Positions 25,782 through 36,715 of a stretch of DNA of 64,000 bases are shown here, piece by piece. The DNA is from Octopus sinensis. Its lineage: Eukaryota. The stretch's first letter is position 1; each line of letters starts with the position of its first letter. The position numbers were made by a program, and so were the translations under genes. The DNA lies in contig NC_043000.1 of the NCBI RefSeq assembly GCF_006345805.1, positions 105,586,001 to 105,650,000 on the forward strand. The letters run 5' to 3'. The notes beneath the pieces were generated by a model. That model was not told the origin of the DNA and made no database searches. It saw nothing but the letters and a program-made list of their open reading frames with translations.

Positions 25782-26325
25782 TCTATATATATATATACTA
25801 CATATGTGGAAAATCTGTGTGTTTATTTGTGGTGTTGTTATCTAACTCCTCCTACATCATTTTATTGATTTTGATGAAACTTGACATGTGAGTAGAACTT
25901 ATGTCTGGAAATTTTGTGACATACTTAGATTGTTGAAAAAAATTGATAATACGGCCCCTGGAAGGGACCTTTATATTTACCTCATATAACTTTTTCTTTT
26001 TAATAACCCCAGGGAAATAACCCATACCACCTGCACAATATTTTTTTAAAGCACTCAAGGGAAATAACCCATTTCATTGTTTATGTTCAATTACTTTGAA
26101 TATTGATTTTTTTGTGTGTCCAATTTCTAATTTTTGCAGACAATATCACTTTTTTACCTTATTTGACACGCGAGTAGAACTCATGTCTGGAAACCTCATG
26201 ACATATTTCAATTGTTTAAAAAAATCGATAATAGGGCCCATCCAATGGATCCTCCTATCTACTACATATCACTAATACTATATTTAAACAACCCAAGGGA
26301 AATAACCCATACTACCTGCAGTTTT
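25782..26325 (+). mobile_element. Helitron/HINE-like non-autonomous element with an internal duplication
   Basis: Begins TCTATATATATATATACTAC...ctcctcctac...gattttgatgaaacttg, which resembles such 5' ends. A block of about 150 bp is duplicated (25880-26030 vs 26160-26320) and (c/a)agggaaataaccc occurs three times. Confidence 0.45.
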
Positions 26326-26886
26326 TAGCAATGCAATCAATATTTGATTCTCATGCTCAGCCAACCTAAGTCTGCATTTCACTACTCACAGTTTTGAACT
26401 GCTAAACACTATTATTGCACTTCTTTAATTTGAATCTCTTCATTCATACATTTCTATACATACATACTTTTCTGAATGCCCATTACTCCGATATTTCTGC
26501 ATTTTTTACAGTTACACTTTCTCCATGACAGTACATAATTTTTTTTTTTCCACAACGTATTTGTAGTGGCTTCATGCAGGCATAGCATGGATTCGATCCT
26601 CAATTGCCAAATTTCACTTAACACTTCAACAGCACTTTTCTCACAGTAAAACAATAGTTTTCTCTCTCAACAACCTCTCTCGCCAACCTCCAACAATCTC
26701 TCCATCCTCCAGCTGACAGTTTTTGTACTTTTTCGTGTCAGAAAACACACCTCTTGTGGCAGTTATAACGAAATTGCTTTCTCATATTAGAATACTAAGG
26801 CGTTTCAATAGAACATCTTTACTCCCGGGCATTACCAGATGCACCAGCTAGTTTATTTTTATTATATATATATATATTATATATAT

Positions 26887-26919
<33 letters not shown>

Positions 26920-26921
<2 letters not shown>

Positions 26922-27070
26922 GAGGGTGCTGAAAAGTTCCTGACTTTGTGTAAAAGAAAATACAGGAAGATCAGTTAATCATGATTTTATCTAATATATT
27001 CCCCTCAGATTCACACACTTACTGCAGTGGTCCTTCAGTTTTCCTAAGCCCTTCTAACAGAACTTGGAAG
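26920..27070 (+). mobile_element. Mariner-type transposon end fragment next to a (TA)n tract
   Basis: TA-TGAGGGTGCTGAAAAGTTCCTG resembles a mariner TIR. No partner TIR was found. Confidence 0.4.
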
Positions 27071-28481
27071 AAACTTTTCAGCACTCCCTCCATATATGTA
27101 CACGTACACACACACACACACACACAATCACTGCCTCAGAGTTATTGCTAATTCATTCTCACCCTCTCCTAAATGTGAGTACCCATGTAGCTTCTCTGCA
27201 AGAAACTGCTCTATCCCAACCTCTTCCTTCATACCTTAACCCCCACCTAACATAGATGCAGCATCCTCCCTCACTAGGTTTGTTCACTTGCAAGCTACAT
27301 AGTGAGCTCAATAGGGTTGATTGCATGAAAAAAGCAACCAGTACACACTGTAAAATGATTGGTGTTAAAAAGAGCATCCATCTTTAGAAACCATGCCAAA
27401 ACAGACAATGCAGTCCTTTGACTCGCCGGATCCCTGTCATCTAACCCATGCCAGCATGAAACATGGACATTAAATGATCACACACACACACACACAGAGT
27501 AAATTCTTAATATATTTCCCAAAGTACTTAAAACCTACTTCTGCTAACATCAACAAAGTATAAAAATATTTCTATGCTTTACGTATTATTTCTTCTCTAT
27601 GTATAAATTCATATTTATTTACCTTTCAGCATGTGTAAACTATTCAAATTATATACAAAATTACATAAATGCAGTTTCACTCTGAAGATTTCGTGTTTTT
27701 TCTTTTCTTTGAAAAGTGCTTACACACATGCTTCCTATTTGCCACCCTCCCTCTCCCTCTCTCTAACTGGCAGGAATTATCCATCACTCTAACAGTCTGT
27801 CTATTTTAAAGTTTCTCTCTCTTTCTCATTCATTTGCACCTTCCTCCCATTACATTGCCGTGATATAGCTTCACTAAATTTAATGAATCTATTACATAGT
27901 TTCATGCTACACAAATGGAGCTTTTTCACAATCCTTATAAGGGACTTTAATTGTTACCTATTTTAAACTAACTCAGCTCTAGTTTCATTTAACTATACCT
28001 TCTTTAACTCTTATAGACCTACTATGGCTAAGGGTCTTAAGTAACCTGGATAGACCAATTTACATGTCTAATGCACTTTTAACAACGAGTTTAGTTACTA
28101 AATTACTGGTGCAGGAAGTGTTTCCTTTCAAATTTAATCATCTATATGGAAAGGTTCTCAAAAATGTGCAATGTTGAGTTTGACAAACAGAGCCAATAGG
28201 TGAGTTGTCATAATCCTTCAAAAGAACACCATGTGAATGTGTATCCAGATCACAAATTTGTTAGGACACAAATATTCAAAGCTGATATCAAGAAAAAGGC
28301 TAAATATTTCTGGAGTACCTAAATTTTAAACTTCAACAGACTGGTTTAGCCTTACCAGATAAAAGACTATGAATCAAGAAAATCCAACATTAATCTTCTC
28401 TCTCTCCCTCTAATCATTCATATATATATATATATATATATATATGGAATGATATGTGTGTGTGTGTGTGTGTGTGTGTAC

Positions 28482-28670
28482 CATTCGCGATTTTTTTTCC
28501 TCCTTCTTCCATTCTCTGCATCTTTCCTTTTCCTATGTTTCTGAAGAAGAGTTCCGCTCGAAACGTAAAACCCTCCTTCTTCCCTTCCTTCCTGAGCATC
28601 CAATAATACTATATTTGTTCCACGTCCTCGTGTTATGTTTTCTCTTGGTGTTTTCATGTTTGGATTAACT
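28482..28670 (+). mobile_element. Short CpG-rich insert, probable Penelope-like element terminal (pLTR) remnant
   Basis: CpG-rich island between (TG)n and (TA)n tracts, carrying a minimal hammerhead motif of the kind found in Penelope-like element termini. Confidence 0.55.
28537..28571 (+). ncRNA. Minimal type I hammerhead ribozyme motif
   Basis: GTTT-CTGAAGA-A-GAG-TTCCG-CTC-GAAA-C-GTA-AAAC: stem I GTTT/AAAC, core CUGAAGA, stem II GAG/CTC, GAAA, palindromic ACGT stem III and a GUA cleavage triplet. Confidence 0.7.
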
Positions 28671-28859
28671 ATATATATATATATATATCCTTGCTTTTAA
28701 GCACTCTCTCTTACTATCTTTCTCTACCTGATTTAGAACAAAAACTAACAATGAACTGACTAACTGTTACTACATACTAATAACACCAAGATGCAGAAAC
28801 AATGTATATAAATATAAAAGAAATAGGAAATAAATTTAATTGTATCAGTGTAATATGTT

Positions 28860-29196
28860 TAGTCCTTTGTCTTTTACTTGTTTGAGTCATTTAACTGCAG
28901 CTATGCTGGGGCACCACCTTGAAAAATTTTTAGTCAGTCCTTTTTTTTTCTTTCTTTAAGCCTGGCACATTTTATCAGCCTCTTTTGCTGAGCCACTAAA
29001 TTATGGGAGACAAACACTCACGCATATATACAATGGGCTTCTTTCAGTCTCTGTCTACCAAATCAACTAACAAGACTTTAAGACTTTGGTTGATCTATGG
29101 TCATAGTAGAAGACACTTAACCAAAGTGCCCCGCAGTGAGTCTGAACCTAGAGTGATGTGGTTGGGAAGCAAACTTCTTACCACACAGTCACACCT
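28860..29196 (-). mobile_element. tRNA-derived SINE, best preserved copy of its family in the window
   Basis: The reverse complement starts gaggtgtgactgtgtggtaagaagtttgcttcccaaccacatcactctaggttcagactc (A-box-like and B-box-like), followed by aagtgtcttctactat...gatttggtagacagagactgaaagaagccc. Confidence 0.75.
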
Positions 29197-29334
29197 CAAA
29201 TTTTTTTTTTCCCTGCCTGTTTCTTTGTGTATTTACTTGACTTCAACTTATAATTACTGCTGATTAAGCTCCCTAAGTAAGAAAGTTGTTCACTATATAT
29301 GTGCCTGTGTCTATGTAAATATAATCATGGGTAC

Positions 29335-29720
29335 TGTATGGATGCAAAGATCACTTTGTAGCCATATAGTTTCAAGTTTGATCCCATTATCCGACTGCAT
29401 GGCACCTTGAGCATGTTTTTCTATGACAGCTTTGGCCTGATCAATACCTTTCAATCCAACTTGATAAATGGAAACTGTCTGTCTTTTTTTTGTGTTTGTG
29501 TGTGTGTGTGTGTGTGCGTGCATGCATGTATACATAAAGACAGGTACAGGTGTTTGTTGCCACAGGCCTTTCAGCAATGTTGCATTTGTTTATACCTCCA
29601 ATAAACAATATGTCCTGTCGTGTGAAGACTGGTGAAATAAAAATACCTTACTTGAAAAACAATGTGTGACAACAGGAACAGTAGCAAACAGCAGAATAAG
29701 ACTTGTTTAACTCAAGCCAG
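29335..29720 (+). mobile_element. tRNA-derived SINE, degenerate copy with internal (TG)n
   Basis: gtttgatccc...ggcaccttgagcatgtttttctat...ggaaactg aligns loosely to the 28860-29196 family in the opposite orientation. Confidence 0.5.
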
Positions 29721-30508
29721 CATGAAGAAAATCAGCCATAAAATAGTGTATTTATGTGTACGCACACATGCATGAGTGCACCTCAGTACACTGACTTTTT
29801 CTTATTGGCTTAGGCATGTTTAGTTAGCTCACTACCCAAAAATTTCCACTTTTGGCATCAATCCTGGTACTGATTTTACCTGTCACATACTGGAATTGAA
29901 ACAAGTACAGTAGACTATTGAAACCTAACCAGCAAAAAGAAAGCTGTGTGCCTACAATTTTTGCAGGTCCTTTCCAATTGAGTAAACTACAATCAATCGA
30001 TAACCTGTTCCAATTTGGTTTTTACTTTGAAGGCCAAATTTCTGCCAAGTCCATTGTTCAGAATTCAGTTTTATACAAATAGAAAAACAATGTATAATGC
30101 CCCAAGAGTACACTTTTAGTAAGTAGTGTGTTAATGTAGTCCTTAACTAGACAACAAGAAACATTGAGTATTGTGATATCATGGTTGTACTAACACACTA
30201 CCTCAACCAACTAAACATTGTGTTGTAGATCAGTCTAGTTGGTTAGCTTACTGGCTATAATAGGTCATCTACTGATCTATCAAGGCCAGCAATCAACTGT
30301 CATCTTTTATTACATATTTCCAAGCATTAACTGTGATGTAAAAAAACCTACTGAGTCAATAAAATAGAGGATGACAAAGTCCTAATTCCTGAGTTTAAAC
30401 CTGTTGCAAGTAATTCCTTGCATTTTCAGCAGATTTTTGTTTTAGTTCTTCTGGGTATTATGATCAAATGAGAGGAAATCATCTTACCCCAAATCAAATT
30501 GCTTTGCG

Positions 30509-30509
<1 letters not shown>

Positions 30510-30551
<42 letters not shown>
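30510..30551. repeat. (CA)n microsatellite
   Basis: About 21 perfect CA units. Confidence 0.95.
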
Positions 30552-30553
<2 letters not shown>

Positions 30554-31893
30554 AAATGTGTTGTGCAACATGGTTGTCATAACAAGAGTACCATTTGTCA
30601 TAACAAAATAAACAGAAGGTGACAATTCAAGATTCAAGAACGTCTTCCATAACTGTAAATTTATAACAGTGTTCTCCATTTATGTGTAGAGGTAAAGTAT
30701 CCCAACAAGTGTTTAAATACACAATGATAATTTCCTTATGTTTCTAAATTGCCTCAGTTCAACTAAATAGAGAAAAGGTAGCAAGTCTGGGGCTCTATTC
30801 ACAATAGGGCTCTCATTTGCTTAATGCCATTGGAATTTAAGAACCAAAAGAAATGCTGTATTTTTGACAGAATTAACAGACATCCTATGTGTTGTTAGAA
30901 AGAAAATATGAAAAATAAATAAGACAGAAGAGAAAGAAATATTCTACAAACAAAAATTTCTTAAATTGCGAAGATTTAGCTTTTTCATTATGACCAAAAT
31001 ACTTTTCTTAAATCCTGGTGTATACTTAGTTATGCTCGTTTTCTTTTTTATATTGAGATTTCAGTTTTAAAACATTGTATTGTCAACATATAAAACCAGG
31101 ATGATAATATCTCTCAAGTAAAGTGTGAGACAAATCTTCACTGGGAAGTAAATGATTCTGCTACTGAGATTTTACTAATTCCTCTTTAAGATCTTGAATT
31201 AAACCTTTCTCCTAAAACTTAACACTCCAGAACACCATCTCTATACTTACCATTGTTTTGACCAATAAATGTAGCAATATGAATTAAATATATTAACCAT
31301 ATAACTTCCATCACCAAAACCTAATATTCTAGTTTATAAGGATTTAAGATGGCTATAAAACCGGTATCCTCCAACTCAAACAGAATCTCACAGAAATCTC
31401 TTTAAAATATTTCTAAAACAAAGGTCACAGCTATCCATTTCATTAGAATTTCAGCCTATCTGTTAATATGTCAACTGTCAAAATCATAGCAAGAAATCGT
31501 TTTATAAAATAAGTTTGTGTACCATGAAAAGATTTGAAAGGCTTCAATCAAAGCTTTGCAATGCATTTTGCATTGCTTTTCTTCTAACAGCATACAAGCA
31601 TATCTCATTTTACAAATTTCATTAACCATATCTTGTCAATACAAACCATCACTAGTTACTTCAGAATCTAACCTCCCCACTAAAAAAATATTTCCATTAA
31701 ATTGCACAAATCTTTCCATGGGTAATCATCCATGAAAAGAGATGACATCAGATAGAGTAATGAGGTAATGATTTCTGATAATTATGGAAGAAATGAGACA
31801 TTATTCTCATTTCTTCTATTTGTAAAATCTGCCAAAACTACATTTACTTAAACAAAAGACTGTGAAAAAGTGTCTTGAAAGAAAAACACCAAC

Positions 31894-32014
31894 CTGTTAA
31901 AAGTAAATCCTTAAGTCCCCGATGAAACTGTTCTAATCGCGCATGCAAATCTGGGTCATAGAAATTCCCTTCACAGGTGAAGACAGTTTCAATGTACTCC
32001 TCCTGGGGACTCAT
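31894..32014 (-). CDS. NCOA6: NCOA6 first coding exon (121 coding nt; exon spans 32039-31894)
   Basis: Encodes MSPQEEYIETVFTCEGNFYDPDLHARLEQFHRGLKDLLLT. Donor ACAG|gttggt (phase 1) joins exon 2 as G+AT = Asp. It supplies the missing first half of the NCOA6 N-terminal domain (compare human TIFVAFKGNIDDKDFKWKLDAILK). Acceptor ttttctttatttgttttccag at 32040. An in-frame TGA (32026-32024) lies upstream of the ATG. Confidence 0.9.
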
Positions 32015-32016
32015 GT

Positions 32017-32031
32017 TCACCTTTCAGACAT
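32017..32031 (-). promoter_or_regulatory. Upstream ORF (MSER*) in the NCOA6 5' UTR
   Basis: ATG TCT GAA AGG TGA ac ATG: out of frame, ending 2 nt before the main ATG. Confidence 0.6.
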
Positions 32032-32169
32032 CAGACCACCTGGAAAACAAATAAAGAAAATCAATACATATTACTAAATACAAAATTTACGTCACAAAGT
32101 ATTTTAATAAATTAGTTATTTATATGGAATAACTTACTAAAGGTGATAGACCAAAGTTTCTAGCAGACC

Positions 32170-34070
32170 AAGAGTAGCATGGTGATGTAACAGTGAGGTT
32201 GACAGAGGTATAAAAGAGATGGGTTTGGAATGCGTGGGAAAGTGGAAGTGGCACAAAATTTATATCAGGTAGCTAAAAGGAAAGCTAGGCAACAGGTCTA
32301 TCTAGCAAGAGAAGAAGCAGAAAGAAAGAGGTTTACCAATGTTTTACAGCATGAAGAACAGAGACCTGAAGTGTTCTGGATTGTTAGACAGTGTATCAGA
32401 AAGAATTGAATGTTGTGGGAGAGAAGTGTGCATGGATGGCTAATGGTATGCTTGCAGTTAGTGACACTAAAAAAAAGGTGTGAAAGTGCAACTACGAAAA
32501 GCTACTAAATGTGGAGAATGAATGGGAGAAAGGGAGTCTCGCCTATGTGAATCCAACAAAGTGACCAGCTAGTTGAAAGCAGCATGATAGATAAGGCAAT
32601 TAAAGATATGAAGACAGGGGAAGCCCCTGATCTATCAGGAATTACAACAGAGATGCATAAAATATCAGATAGAATAGGATATGGTATAATCAGGTTGTTC
32701 AGGAAGGTGTCATCCAATGACTGGTGTAGTAGCATTATAGTCAGTGTTACAAGGATATGGAAGATGGCTTAAATAGAAGTAATTGCAGAGGCATCAACTA
32801 CCAATATTACAGAGAGAGAGAGTTATAGGCCAATTAATTAGAACAGAATTAGAATAGATAAAATGCAGTTTGGCTTTGTGCAAAAGAGAAATGCTATTGA
32901 TGTTATTTTCACAGTCAAACAACTGCAAGAGAAGTATTTAGCTAAGAATAAACCATTGTACTTGACATCTGTTGACCTGGAGAAAGCCTTCAATAGAGTA
33001 CCTCACTCTAAGATGTGGTAGTTTCTGAGGAAGCTAGGAAGAGATGAATGGCTTGTGAAAGCTGTACAGGCCATGTACAGGGGTGCTGTCAGTAAGGTAA
33101 CAGATAACAAGTTGACAAATTTAGTGGACAGGTAGGTTGGTGTTCACAGGGTTTAGTTCTCAGCCCCTTCCTATTCATCATCCTCCTCCAGGCCTTAAAG
33201 GATTCTTTTCATAGCAGAATCTTTAACAGAACTAAAAAAGAAATTCCAGGAGTGGAAGCAAAACCTGGAATTGAAGGGCCTTAAAATTAGCAAACACCAA
33301 GGTTCTAGTAAGCAAGAAAACAGACAGGATCCTACCCTCTTCAGGTAAATGGCCTTGCTCAATATGTAAGAAAGGTGTAGGCAGAACTTTCATTTGGTGT
33401 GCCCTGTACAAGCCATGGACACACAAGAGGTGCAGTGGAATCACAGGAAGATTAACAGAGGAGGTAGTGTTTATGTCTGGAAGATGCAGAGAAGCCATCA
33501 AGTCTATAGATACAGGGAAATTGATTTTTTCAAATGTTTTGGAGGCTCTCTAACATAAGTAGATATCTTGTTTCTTAAGTAACTTCATTAGCAGTGGAAG
33601 AGGATGCTCCAAAAGTGTAATTGCTAAAATAAGTATAGGATGGAGAAAATTCAGAGTTTTTACCTCTGATGACAACAAAAGATCTAAGTGTAGAGGACAC
33701 ATGAAAACTAGAGAGGAATGAAGTTAGCATGATCCACTGGATGTATGTCAGTGCACGTGTATGACAGAGTGCTCATGCTTTGAAAGAAAATTAGGCATAA
33801 GGGGAATTAGATGTAATGTGCAAGAAAGAAGACTGCACTGGTTTGGTTATGTGATGCATATGGACGCAGACAGTTGCATAAACAAGTACCAATCACTAAA
33901 AGTGGATGGAAGTTGTGGAAGAGGGAGACCAAGGAAGATATGGAATGAAGTATTGAAGGCCAATCTCAAATCACAGTGCCGCATGGAGGAGATGACAAAA
34001 GACCAAAATGTCTGGCACTTTGCTGTGCTCAAGATCAGTCCGCCACAGTAGAACGGATATCCTAAAACTA
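32170..34070 (+). mobile_element. RTE-clade LINE, 5'-truncated decayed ORF (RT region)
   Basis: Broken frames give IKDMKTGEAPDLSGIT, NDWCSSII, MQFGFVQ, VDLEKAFNRVP and RLHWFGYVMHMD...GRGRPRKIW, all typical RTE RT and C-terminal motifs. Confidence 0.9.
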
Positions 34071-35781
34071 CCTTAGTAAATGCTTCTAAGTGCAGGACTC
34101 TGATCCACCTCCATTCTCAACAAGCATTTCCCCCAAATCTCATCCCCTAACACTCATCACTTCTCTAAAGTATTATTTGGCTACCTGAATCACTTGAGAG
34201 CAGAATAGGCAGGTACTAAATCCTCACCTTTTGGTTATCTTCATCCCTCCCACCCACTCTTGAACCACTTCCATTTTTCAATCTTCCCTGCCCACTGTTT
34301 CCAATCACCTCTTTTCTGTGCCTTCAGCCATGCTCTCTCTCCTCTCTGCTAAACCCCATCCTTAACATCTTTTATCTGCTATCACTCCCAATGTCCTTAC
34401 ATATACCCCACCCCAACTACTATAACTCTCACCATCACTTGCTGCAATCACCTCAATCTCATCTCTAACCATCTCTCCTCATATTCTTACAGCCCCTGCT
34501 CAATCTCCCAGTCCAATCCTCTATCACTTCACCTACATTCACAGCTTGCCACGCATCTAAGTATATATGGTGAAAACATTGCAAACCTATCTCAACATAC
34601 AACTGTGGAAAGGTGGGGTGGTGAATGAGCTCTTATAACAACTGTAATAACAACACCAGTGACAGATTCTCGGATAGTTGGAGGTATGTGTATATCTGGA
34701 AGAAAAGATCTTGTTAATGAAACAATTACCTATATGTCATAGGTTATTCAATCCAAGCTGACCTGAAGCTATACAATGTCAGTGTAACCAGTGTGCAGTA
34801 AAGCTTAGAAAACTGTAAAACTTAAGTGATTTTCTCAAATGAAATGCTGGATCCATAAACTATAATTAGTATTGACCACAAGACTAAAAAAGAAGAGAGG
34901 GTAAGATTGATGCAGTTTCCACCCAATTCCCAAAGCCACAGATGATAGACAAGCGTACTAAATATTTTCTATTATTTTGTTCAGATTTCAGTTAAACTTC
35001 CAAGTAAGTTGGCTATATTTAATACATTCTAAAGGTGGGGCCAATAAAATAAGTATCTATTTTTAACATGAGTGCAAGGTCACCAATTTCAAGGACAGTT
35101 ACATTCAATTAAATTGCTGACACTTATTTAGTGAATCTGAAAGAAAGACAAAATTGATTCCAGTGTCATTGGAACTCAGAATGTAAAGTGATGTAACTAA
35201 ATACCGTAAAGTTCTAATCTACCATATCCAATAAAGTAAATGTTAATGTGATAAAAGTGTTTGATTCAGTCAACCCTTCCTTGTATTTTGTTAAAATAAT
35301 TCTTTTATCACTCAGGTTTTCAGGTTTCACACCCAATCATAAAATTGTTAGAAATAACAGAACACTAGGCTAAATGATTTTTAATATCTAATTTCACACC
35401 ACTATATTCAAAAGTAAACTTTCAGCCCACAACTCACAAGAGACAAGAAAATAAGAATTAGACATGTACAAGTAAGAATTCAATTGACAATAATCTTTAT
35501 TACATTTCTGTTACCTCAGGGCAGCTTAAAAAATCATAATTATTATAACAGAATATTAAGAATGTTTGGAAAAAAATTTGTATACTATTTAGTCACATCT
35601 CTTTATATTCCAAATTCAAATCCCACCGTTGTCAACTTTACCTTCCATCCTACTTGAGTTTGAAAAAATACTTAAGTGAAATACTAAGGTTAGTTTCCTC
35701 CCTAAATCATCATTTTGTGGTTTCATAATGAAAAAAAAAAAAAGGATATTGATAGAAATCATTAAAGTAGTGATTTTATCT

Positions 35782-36715
35782 TTAACCCATTCAATACTAA
35801 CCCAGGCATGGCTGGCCGAAAATTTTTTTGGTTCATAAGACCAACCGGCCATAGCCAGCCTAGAGTACCCACTGTTATTTAAATGTGAATTTAAGCACAA
35901 ATCTTGTTAATACATTTGTGAAAATACGTGATTTCACTTTGTAAATAGTTAAAGTATCCAACATTGCTTGACGCGATATCTGAACTCAGTGAATTTTGGG
36001 AGATTTTTTTTCACATTTTATCGGAGTCGATTTTTTTTTCAACTTTGAAAATGGATAGTTGTTTCATGCTATCAAGCAGTAATTCTAAATTTAAAGGTTT
36101 TTCAACGGAAAATATGGAAATATCGAGAAAAAGAATGAATGAGGTACCAAAGCATGTTGTGTATGAGAATGAATAGGATATTTCTGTATCCAAAACCAAA
36201 AGCAGCAATCTGAAGAAACTGAAAGTGGCGATAGCGACAGCAAAGATGATTTTACATTGGAATGAAGTAAAAACTTTTAAAATGTTTTTATTATCAATTT
36301 TTCTGAGGAAATGAGGTTTATCCATAGTCTTTCTTAGGAAGCGAAACTGTTAGACTTTTATTTTTTTCAGTATGCTTGTTTGAAGCAATCACTTTGGAAA
36401 CAAACTGTTACACAGAATGTAAACAAACAGTATATGCCAGGAAAGCACACGAAATGGGGGATCAAAGTTTGAAAAATTTGTGAAGCAAATACTGGGTACT
36501 GCTGTGGATTTAGTTTTTATACAGGGAAAATAATGTTAGTTAGCATGCCCTAGGGTACAAAGTGGTCTGGAATTTATCACTTCCATACCATAACCAGGGC
36601 CGTATATTATTTTATGACGGATTTCTTTTTAGTTCGGCCAAACTTGTGGTGGATCTAGGTGGATTCCAGTATTTCAGTTTATTTCACCTTTATGGTACAC
36701 ATGTTCTATTGTGCA
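35782..36715 (+). mobile_element. piggyBac-derived element copy 1 (left end, internally deleted, right end missing)
   Basis: TTAA-CCCATTCAATACTAACCC left end, acidic N-terminal remnant, and YMPGKHTKWGIKV*KICEANTGYCCGFSFYTG plus LPYHNQGRILFYDGF, which are piggyBac DDD-domain motifs. Confidence 0.85.

Noticed and set aside
26799-26838. Second hammerhead-like string on the minus strand (ctggtaatgccc...gaaacgcc)
   Set aside because: The core is not CUGANGA, and no stem II or cleavage triplet can be formed.
23655-30679. ORFs containing YIYIYI, HTHTHT or CVCVCV runs
   Set aside because: They are translations of dinucleotide microsatellites.
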